The position numbers and the translations under genes are program-made. A DNA stretch of 32,000 nucleotides, from positions 3,120,001-3,152,000 of the forward strand of contig NC_014972.1 of assembly GCF_000186885.1 (NCBI RefSeq), read 5' to 3'. Below are positions 9,755-16,671 of this stretch, in pieces. The notes beneath the pieces were generated by a model. That model was not told the origin of the DNA. It ran no database searches and saw nothing but the letters and a program-made list of their open reading frames with translations. Within the stretch, counting starts at the first letter, position 1. Every line of letters starts with the position of its first letter. Source of the stretch: Desulfobulbus propionicus DSM 2032 (lineage in GTDB: Bacteria; Desulfobacterota; Desulfobulbia; Desulfobulbales; Desulfobulbaceae).

Positions 9755-9763
9755 GGGTATGTT
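9735..9763 (+). promoter_or_regulatory. Candidate sigma70 promoter for rnpB
   Basis: TTGATC (9735..9740), 17-nt spacer, TATGTT (9758..9763), overlapping the 3' end of the RNase H gene. Confidence 0.4.
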
Positions 9764-9792
9764 CATGTGCCGTCATGCCGCCGACCAAGCTA

Positions 9793-10161
9793 GAGGGGTG
9801 AATGCATGATCGCTCCGGCCTCGTGCCGGGGAGGAAAGTCCGAACACCACAGGGCGCGGTGGTTCGTAACGCGAACTCCGGGCAACCGGGGGAAAGTGCC
9901 ACAGAAAACACACCGCCGATGGGGCGCGCAGGCGCCCACAGGCAAGGTTGAAATGGCGAGGTAAGAGCTCACCGCCCCCATGGCGACATGGGGGGCAAGG
10001 CAAACCCCACCGGGTGCAAGACCAAATAGGGAGGCGTTTGAGGGCGGCCCGCCTGAAGCCTCCGGGTAGGTTGCACGAGATGCCGGGCGACCGGCATCCC
10101 AGTTAAATGATCATGGTCCGCTTTCGGGCGGAAACAGAATTCGGCTTACAATTCACCCCTC
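9793..10161 (+). ncRNA. rnpB: RNase P RNA (bacterial type A-like)
   Basis: GAGGAAAGTCCGAACACCACAGGGC near the 5' end, GTAAGAGCTCACCG, GGTGCAAGACCAAATAGGGAGG and ACAGAATTCGGCTTA near the 3' end. The 11-bp outer helix is perfect: GAGGGGTGAAT (9793..9803) pairs with ATTCACCCCTC (10151..10161), followed by TTTTTC. Confidence 0.95.
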
Positions 10162-10174
10162 TTTTTCTCACACC

Positions 10175-11380
10175 GTGGACAACAACACCCTGCAGCCGCC
10201 CTGTGCCGGGGTCATCATTCCGGCCGGGGGGATCGGCGCCCGCTTCGGCGCTTCCCATCCCAAACAGTTCCTCGACCTGGCCGGGACGCCGATGCTGGTG
10301 CGCACCTGCCGGGCCTTCCTTGAGGTCACCGCCATCCGCTGGCTGGTGGTGGCCGCTCCCAGCGCCTACCTGGATCAAACCATCGAGCTGCTCCACACCC
10401 ACTTGACGCCCGGACAGACCGATCGCCTGCGGGTGACCGTCGGCGGCGCCACCCGCCAGGATTCGGTACGCGCCGGGTTGAACGCCCTGCCGCCGGAGAT
10501 CGAGCTGGTCCTGGTCCATGACGCGGCCCGCCCCTTGGTCGACCGGGCCACCATTCTCCGCTGCCTGCGCGGGGCTGCCGAACAGGGCGCGGTGATCGCC
10601 GCGGTGCCGGTCAAGGATACGCTCAAAAACGTGGCCGATTCGGGCGTCATCCGCCACACCGTTGACCGCTCCGGCCTCTGGCAGGCCCAGACGCCGCAGG
10701 CGGCGCGCAGGTCGCTGTTGCAACGGGCCTTTGCCTGGGGCGAGCAGCAGGGCTTTGTCGGCACCGACGAGGCCTCGCTGCTGGAGGCCGCCGGTATCCC
10801 GGTACGGGTGGTGGAAGGCAGCGAACGCAATTTCAAAATTACCCGCCCAGAAGACCTGCGGTTGGCCGCCGCCCTGGTGCAGGAGGAACGGAGCATGAAG
10901 ATAGGTCACGGTTTCGATGCCCATCGCCTGGTCCCTGGCCGCAAGCTGATCCTCGGTGGAGTGACCATCGACTATGCCCTGGGCCTGGACGGCCATTCCG
11001 ACGCCGATGTCGTGGCCCACGCCCTGACCGATGCCCTGCTTGGCGCCCTGGGCGCCGGCGACATCGGCCGTCATTTTCCGGACTCCGATCCCCGGTACAA
11101 GGGAATCGACAGCCTGCTGTTGCTCGCCCAGGTGCAGCACCTGGCGGAAAGCCGGGGATACGCGCTGAGCAACGCCGACATTACCATTGTCTGCCAGCAG
11201 CCCAAGCTGGCGCCGCACCTGGCCGGAATGCAGATCAATCTGGCCCGCTGCTGCAAGGTCGCACCCGCGGCCATCAATATCAAGGCAACCACTACCGAAA
11301 AAATGGGATACACCGGACGAGGCGAGGGCATTGCCGCCCATGCCGTCGTCCTTGTGAGGTCTGAGCATGGATGTGAATAG
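10175..11380 (+). CDS. ispDF: Bifunctional 2-C-methyl-D-erythritol 4-phosphate cytidylyltransferase / 2,4-cyclodiphosphate synthase (GTG start)
   Basis: IspD part: IIPAGGIGARFGASHPKQFLDLAGTPM..., LVHDAARPLV, WQAQTPQ. IspF part: IGHGFDAHRLVPGRKLILGGVTIDYALGLDGHSDADVVAHALTDALLGALGAGDIGRHFPDSD. Confidence 0.96.
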   Translation: MDNNTLQPPCAGVIIPAGGIGARFGASHPKQFLDLAGTPMLVRTCRAFLEVTAIRWLVVAAPSAYLDQTIELLHTHLTPGQTDRLRVTVGGATRQDSVRAGLNALPPEIELVLVHDAARPLVDRATILRCLRGAAEQGAVIAAVPVKDTLKNVADSGVIRHTVDRSGLWQAQTPQAARRSLLQRAFAWGEQQGFVGTDEASLLEAAGIPVRVVEGSERNFKITRPEDLRLAAALVQEERSMKIGHGFDAHRLVPGRKLILGGVTIDYALGLDGHSDADVVAHALTDALLGALGAGDIGRHFPDSDPRYKGIDSLLLLAQVQHLAESRGYALSNADITIVCQQPKLAPHLAGMQINLARCCKVAPAAINIKATTTEKMGYTGRGEGIAAHAVVLVRSEHGCE

Positions 11381-12512
11381 AGAACGACTGGCCGCCAACT
11401 TCATTGAACTGTGCGAAATCGACAGCCCATCGCGCCGGGAAGGACGCATCTCTCGGCGTTTGCAGGAACTTTTTCGCGACATGGGGGCAACAGAGATCAT
11501 CGAGGACGATTCCAGCGCCCAAACCGGTTCGGAATGCGGCAACCTGATCATCCGCTTCGACGGCACCTTGCCGCTGACGCCAATCTTCTTTTCCTGCCAC
11601 ATGGACACGGTACAACCCGCCGAGGGGGTGCGGGTCAAACGCAGCGGCGACCTGTTCACCAGCGCCGGCGACACCATTCTCGGCAGCGACGACAAATCCG
11701 GGATCGCGGCCTGCATCGAAGCCCTGCGACTGATGCGGGAAAACGGCACTGCCCACCGCCCGGTGGAACTGGTGATCACCACCTGCGAGGAGATCGGCCT
11801 GATCGGCGCCAAGGCCCTCGACCCGGCGCTGGTACGGGCCAAGGAAGGCTATGCCCTTGACTCCAGCGGCTTTGCCCGCGTTGTTACCCATGCCCCGGCC
11901 CTCAACCGGGTGTACATCACCATCAACGGCGTGGCGGCCCATGCCGGCCTCCATCCGGAATGGGGCGTCAATGCCATGATCCTCGCCGGTCAAGCGTTGG
12001 CCAAGGTGCGCAGCGGCCGCATCGACGAGGAAACCACGGTCAACTTCGGCACCATCAGCGGCGGCACGGCCTGCAATATCGTCCCGGAACGGGTGATGAT
12101 CGAGGCCGAGGTGCGCAGCCATTCGCTGGACAAGCTGGAGCGGGTGACGGAGGAAATCCGCGAGATTTTCAATGCCGCCATCGCCGCCTGGTCCGACCCG
12201 ACCGGTTCGGCCAAGGGCGTGCCTTCGGTCAACATCGAGGTGCGCCAGGATTTTTCCGTGATGGGGCTGAGCCCGGACAATCCGGTGCTACGGCGGGTGG
12301 AGGCGGCCGCGCGATCAATCGGCATGGAATTGAGTTACGAGAAGGCGGGCGGCGGCAGCGATGCCAATATCTTCAACGGCCATGGGCTGGCCACGGCGAT
12401 CATCGCCACCGGCATGACCAACGTCCATTCCACCAGCGAACAGGTGGAACTGCAGGACATGGTCGACCTGACCCGGCTGCTGATCGCCCTGTTGACCGAG
12501 CCGTCCTGCTAA
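11367..12512 (+). CDS. M20-family peptidase (PepT-like)
   Basis: FFSCHMDTVQPAEGVRV, GDTILGSDDKSGIAACIEALRLM, ITTCEEIGLIGAKAL, YEKAGGGSDANIFNGHG, TGMTNVHSTSEQVELQDM. Confidence 0.92.
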   Translation: MDVNRERLAANFIELCEIDSPSRREGRISRRLQELFRDMGATEIIEDDSSAQTGSECGNLIIRFDGTLPLTPIFFSCHMDTVQPAEGVRVKRSGDLFTSAGDTILGSDDKSGIAACIEALRLMRENGTAHRPVELVITTCEEIGLIGAKALDPALVRAKEGYALDSSGFARVVTHAPALNRVYITINGVAAHAGLHPEWGVNAMILAGQALAKVRSGRIDEETTVNFGTISGGTACNIVPERVMIEAEVRSHSLDKLERVTEEIREIFNAAIAAWSDPTGSAKGVPSVNIEVRQDFSVMGLSPDNPVLRRVEAAARSIGMELSYEKAGGGSDANIFNGHGLATAIIATGMTNVHSTSEQVELQDMVDLTRLLIALLTEPSC

Positions 12513-12527
12513 CCGGTACGGAAATGC

Positions 12528-13592
12528 TCAGCGGATGGACACCAGCCCCGGATCGGTTGCCCGAACCTCGCCGATAATCCCGCAGGCCGGCGCATACCCT
12601 TCCCGGCCGAGCCGCTCCAGCAACTGTTCGGCGGTTGCCCGATTGAGCGACAGCAACAGGCCGCCCGAGGTCTGCGGATCGTAGCCGATCATCTCCAGGC
12701 TGTCCATCGCCGGCAGCGCCGAGCGGACCCACTGCCGGTAAAATTCCCGGTTCCGGTAGGCGCCTTCGGGGATAATGCCCATGTCGGCAAATCCGCGCGC
12801 CTCGGCCAGGATCGGCAGTTGGGCTTGGTCAACATGAAGGGAAACCTTCGAGGCCTCGGCCATCTCGTGGAGGTGGCCAAAGAGGCCGAACCCGGTGATG
12901 TCCGTACAACCGTGGACCCCGGCCCGCAAGTTCTCATCCCTGTTGAGGAGTTCCATCGGCAGCCGGTTGAGGGTGGCCAGCAGTTCCACCAGCTGTTGTT
13001 CCAGCGCAGTTCCCGCCAATCCACCCTTGATCGCGGTCGAGAGGATGCCGGTGCCCAGCGGTTTGGTGAGCAGCAACACGTCGCCCGGGCGTGCGCCGCT
13101 GTTTTGCAGCACCCGCTGCGGATGGACCAGGCCGGTCACCGCCAGACCGTACTTCAACTCCGCATCCTCGATCGAGTGGCCGCCCACCAAGAGGGCGCCG
13201 GCCTCGCGGATCTTGTCCAGCCCCCCTTCCACCACCCGGCGGAACACCTCCTGCTCCATGGTTTTGACCGGACAGGCGAGAATGTTCATGCACAACAGCG
13301 GCCGGCCGCCCATGGCGTAGACATCGGACAGGGCGTTGGCGGCGGCGATCCGGCCGAAATCGTAGGGATCGTCGACAATGGGAGTGAAAAAATCCACAGT
13401 CTGGATCAGGGCGGTGGTGTCATCAAGGCGGTACACCCCGGCGTCGTCGCAGGTCTGCGTGCCCACCAGCAGGTTGGGGTCGTGTGGCAGGTCGAGTCCG
13501 CACAGTATCCGGCCCAGGTCCCCCGGGCCCAGCTTGGCGGCTCAGCCCGCAGCCTTGACGGTGGCGGTCAGTTTGATCGGTAGGGTAGTCAT
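12528..13592 (-). CDS. selD: Selenide, water dikinase SelD, selenocysteine-containing (UGA at codon 17, 13542..13544)
   Basis: Downstream frame: DPNLLVGTQTCDDAGVYRLDDTTALIQTVDFFTPIVDDPYDFGRIAAANALSDVYAMGG. Reading through the in-frame TGA gives [44 protein letters not shown]..., placing Sec in the conserved catalytic G-(C/U)-x-x-K motif. Confidence 0.95.
13511..13529 (-). promoter_or_regulatory. Candidate bacterial SECIS hairpin of selD
   Basis: mRNA-sense GGCCCGGG (13529..13522) pairs with CCUGGGCC (13518..13511) with one G.U. The short purine-rich loop starts about 20 nt 3' of the UGA. Confidence 0.5.
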
Positions 13593-13728
13593 GGCAGGGA
13601 TCGATGTTGAAATGTTCCGTGGTTCTTGCTGCAATATTCTGTGAGAATACCCGATATTTTGTTGAAAAAAAACGTGTAATCTGGTTGTAAATAACCTTCT
13701 TCAAGAGCGCTGGATCGACACAAGTACA

Positions 13729-13754
13729 GGCACAAGGAAAATGTCCTTTGTGCC
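13729..13754. repeat. Strong hairpin in the selD/purF intergenic region (possible purF leader attenuator)
   Basis: GGCACAAGGA (13729..13738) pairs with TCCTTTGTGCC (13744..13754) with a single-base bulge, followed by TTTCGATTTTT. Confidence 0.5.
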
Positions 13755-13797
13755 TTTCGATTTTTGGCGCCACCCGACATTTTTGTAGGCTGTGGAT

Positions 13798-15228
13798 ATG
13801 AACACAAACGGACCACATCAGGATCTCTCGACAAAACCCCGGCATGAATGCGGTATCTGCGGGGTTTTCGGTCACCAGGATGCCGCCAAACTCGTCTATT
13901 TCGGCCTGTATGCCCTGCAGCACCGAGGCCAGGAGAGCGCGGGCATCGTTGCCGGCGACGGCAAGAAGGTCGTGCTGCACAAGGACATGGGCCTGGTGGC
14001 CGACGTCTTCAGCGAGCGCACCCTACAGCGCCTCTCCGGTCATCTGGCCACCGGCCACGTCCGTTATTCCACCACCGGCGAATCGAACATCATCAACACC
14101 CAGCCGTTCATGGCCACCCACAAGGGGCTCGCGCTCAGCGTCGCCCACAACGGCAATCTGGTCAATTCCATTGCCCTCCGCCGCCACCTGGAACAACAGG
14201 GATCGATCTTCCAGACCACCATGGACAGCGAGATCGTCATCCACCTGATGGCCCGTCACATCGACCGCGGCTTGCAGGAGGCGATCAAAACCACTTTTTC
14301 CTGCATCCAGGGCGCCTATTCGCTGCTGCTCATGACCCCGGACACCATGATCGCGGTCCGCGACCCCAACGGCTTCCGGCCGCTCTGTTTGGGAGTGCTC
14401 GACAACGGCGCCCATGTGGTCGCCTCCGAGACCTGCGCCCTGGACCTGATCGAGGCCGAGTACATCCGCGACGTCGAGCCCGGCGAAGCGCTGATCATCA
14501 ACGACAAGGGCCTGACCTCGCTCTTTCCCTGGGCGCCGGCGCAAAAGAGCTACTGCATCTTCGAACACGTCTACTTCGCCCGGCCCGACAGCGACGTTTT
14601 CGGCTTCAATGTCTACGCGGCCCGCAAACGGATGGGCGAAATCCTCGCCCGGGAAGCGCGCATCGAGGCCGACTTCGTCATGCCCTTTCCCGATTCGGGG
14701 AACTACGCGGCCATCGGCTATTCCAACGCCTCGGGCATCCCGCTGGAGATGGGCATGATCCGCAACCACTACGTCGGCCGGACCTTTATCCAGCCGACCC
14801 AGTCGATGCGCGACTTCTCCGTCCGGGTCAAACTCAATCCGGTTCGTTCGCTGCTCACCGGCAAGCGGGTGATTATCGTCGAGGACTCCATCGTCCGCGG
14901 CACCACCGGCCGCAGCCGGGTGCAGTCCCTGCGCCGCGCTGGCGCCGCCGAAGTGCACATGGTGGTCAGCTGCCCCCCCACCCGGCACGCCTGCTACTAC
15001 GGCATCGACTTCCCGTCGAGTTCGCAGCTGGTGGCCGCTGGCAACACGGTCGAGGGCATCCGCGACTACCTGGGGCTCGACTCGCTCCACTACCTCAGTC
15101 CCGAGGGGCTGGTGGAGGCCACCGGCCTGAGCCGCGACCACTTCTGCCTGGCCTGTTTCACCGGCGAATACCCGATCGAGCCGGACAAGACCTTTACCAA
15201 AGAGGCCTTTTCCGGCTGCGGTTGCTGA
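13798..15228 (+). CDS. purF: Amidophosphoribosyltransferase with short N-terminal propeptide
   Basis: HECGICGVFGHQDAAKLVYFGLYALQHRGQESAGIV..., GHVRYSTTG, RPDSDVFGFNVYAARKRMG, VIIVEDSIVRGTTGRSRVQSLRRAGAAEVHM (PRPP loop). The track start at 13792 is an in-frame GTG; ATG is at 13798. Confidence 0.97.
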   Translation: MNTNGPHQDLSTKPRHECGICGVFGHQDAAKLVYFGLYALQHRGQESAGIVAGDGKKVVLHKDMGLVADVFSERTLQRLSGHLATGHVRYSTTGESNIINTQPFMATHKGLALSVAHNGNLVNSIALRRHLEQQGSIFQTTMDSEIVIHLMARHIDRGLQEAIKTTFSCIQGAYSLLLMTPDTMIAVRDPNGFRPLCLGVLDNGAHVVASETCALDLIEAEYIRDVEPGEALIINDKGLTSLFPWAPAQKSYCIFEHVYFARPDSDVFGFNVYAARKRMGEILAREARIEADFVMPFPDSGNYAAIGYSNASGIPLEMGMIRNHYVGRTFIQPTQSMRDFSVRVKLNPVRSLLTGKRVIIVEDSIVRGTTGRSRVQSLRRAGAAEVHMVVSCPPTRHACYYGIDFPSSSQLVAAGNTVEGIRDYLGLDSLHYLSPEGLVEATGLSRDHFCLACFTGEYPIEPDKTFTKEAFSGCGC

Positions 15229-15244
15229 TCCCCCTGCCGGATGC

Positions 15245-15451
15245 ATGCCTGCGCTCGCCATCGACAGTTATCGTTGTAACGGCTGCGGCAGCTGCTGCGA
15301 GATGTGTCCCGAGGTGTTCGGACTTACCCCGCTCACCAGCAGGGCTCAACTGCTCAACCCCGATCAGGAAGTAACCGAGGACGTTCGTCGGGCTGCGGCC
15401 TTTTGTCCGAAGAAGTGTATCCTCGTCAGCGGGGAGGATATCGACGCCTGA
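15245..15451 (+). CDS. Small 4Fe-4S ferredoxin
   Basis: AIDSYRCNGCGSCCEMCPEVFGLTP...VRRAAAFCPKKCILV: C-x2-C-x2-C-x3-C-P plus distal CP. Confidence 0.88.
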   Translation: MPALAIDSYRCNGCGSCCEMCPEVFGLTPLTSRAQLLNPDQEVTEDVRRAAAFCPKKCILVSGEDIDA

Positions 15452-15594
15452 CCAGACCAACGGGGCCAGCCTGCGTCGTCAGTCGGATTCCATCGATTCC
15501 CGGCCTGGACCATTCGTGCCGCGACGCCCCTGGGCGGGGTGCATCCTGTTCCCGTACGCGGAGCCAGTGAACCAACCCAAGCAAGGAGGCGACC

Positions 15595-16671
15595 ATGGAT
15601 CCCGCCGCGCTCATTCCCATTCCCGACGCCATTCCCGTTTCCTGGTGGTGGTTTCAGGCATTCCTGCTGCTCACCTTTTTTCTTCACCTTGTGGCCATGA
15701 ACGCGATGCTCGGCACAGCGTTCATTGGCCTGGTCAGCCATCTACGCGGTACGAACGATCGTGCCTCCTGTACCGAAGCGATCTCCAGCAACCTGCCCTT
15801 CACCATCGCCTTTGCGGTCAACTTCGGCGTGGCGCCACTGCTCTTTGTTCAGGTGCTCTATGGGCATCTCATCTACACCAGTTCCATCCTCATGGCGGTG
15901 TTCTGGCTGGCGGTGGTCGGACTGCTCATCATCGCCTATGGATTGGCCTATGTCTACAAAGACCTGTACCCCCGACTGGGAGACGCGCGGCTGGCGGTGA
16001 TCGGTTTAGCCACCCTGCTGCTGTTGGCCATTGCCTTTATCTTTACCAACAATATCAGTCTCATGCAGAAGCCGATCGCCTGGGATCGCTACTTCGATCA
16101 GCCAAGGGGCCTGCTCCTGGCCCTGGATGATCCCATGCTCTTGCCCCGCTACCTCCATTTCATGGTGTCCTCGGTGGCGGTTGGCGGCCTGGCCATCGCC
16201 CTCTTTTTCCACTGGCGGCAACGCGGCGGTGATCGCAACGCAGGTGCGTGGGTGGCTTCCGGCTGCCGGTGGTTCAGCTATGCCACCATGGCCAATTTTG
16301 CCGTCGGCTTCTGGTTCCTGGCCACCCTGCCCAAAGGAATGCTCACGACAACCATACCCGGCTTGCTCTTGCTCGCGACCCTGGTCGGCGGCATTGCCCT
16401 TTCCGTGCCGGCCATTGGCCTCGGCCTGGCTGGCCGGGCCCTCCCCGCCCTCTGGTGCACCCTGGGCACCATCGGCCTGATGGTGCTCGCCCGCAGTCTG
16501 CTGCGGACCGTCCTGTTGGCGCCTTGGTTTTCACCGGCGCAACTGCCGGTCAACCCCTCCTCCGCCCCCCTGCTGTTCTTCCTGCTCGTGCTTCTCGCCG
16601 GGGTGACGCTGATCGGCTGGATGGTGCGCTTCACCTTGCGTTCGTGCGCAAACCAGGAGGACCGGCCATGA
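15595..16671 (+). CDS. Polytopic membrane protein, cytochrome bd subunit I (CydA)-like
   Basis: Start preceded by AAGGAGG. At least 8 hydrophobic segments; PFTIAFAVNFGVAPLLFVQVLYGHLIYTSS and the RYLHFMVSSVAVGGLAIALFF segment resemble quinol-oxidase membrane subunits. No CXXCH motif. Confidence 0.6.
   Translation: MDPAALIPIPDAIPVSWWWFQAFLLLTFFLHLVAMNAMLGTAFIGLVSHLRGTNDRASCTEAISSNLPFTIAFAVNFGVAPLLFVQVLYGHLIYTSSILMAVFWLAVVGLLIIAYGLAYVYKDLYPRLGDARLAVIGLATLLLLAIAFIFTNNISLMQKPIAWDRYFDQPRGLLLALDDPMLLPRYLHFMVSSVAVGGLAIALFFHWRQRGGDRNAGAWVASGCRWFSYATMANFAVGFWFLATLPKGMLTTTIPGLLLLATLVGGIALSVPAIGLGLAGRALPALWCTLGTIGLMVLARSLLRTVLLAPWFSPAQLPVNPSSAPLLFFLLVLLAGVTLIGWMVRFTLRSCANQEDRP

Noticed and set aside
10103-11842. 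579-aa minus-strand ORF
   Set aside because: Antisense to ispDF, the M20 peptidase and rnpB; composition typical of a GC-rich shadow ORF.
13848-15374. 508-aa plus-strand ORF overlapping purF and the ferredoxin
   Set aside because: Out-of-frame shadow of purF with Arg/Pro/Gln-rich low-complexity composition; purF has full homology in the other frame.
16248-16667. N-terminal extension of the multiheme fusion ORF
   Set aside because: Overlaps the upstream membrane gene in another frame; the homologous start is ATG 16668 with an AGGAGG-like site upstream.
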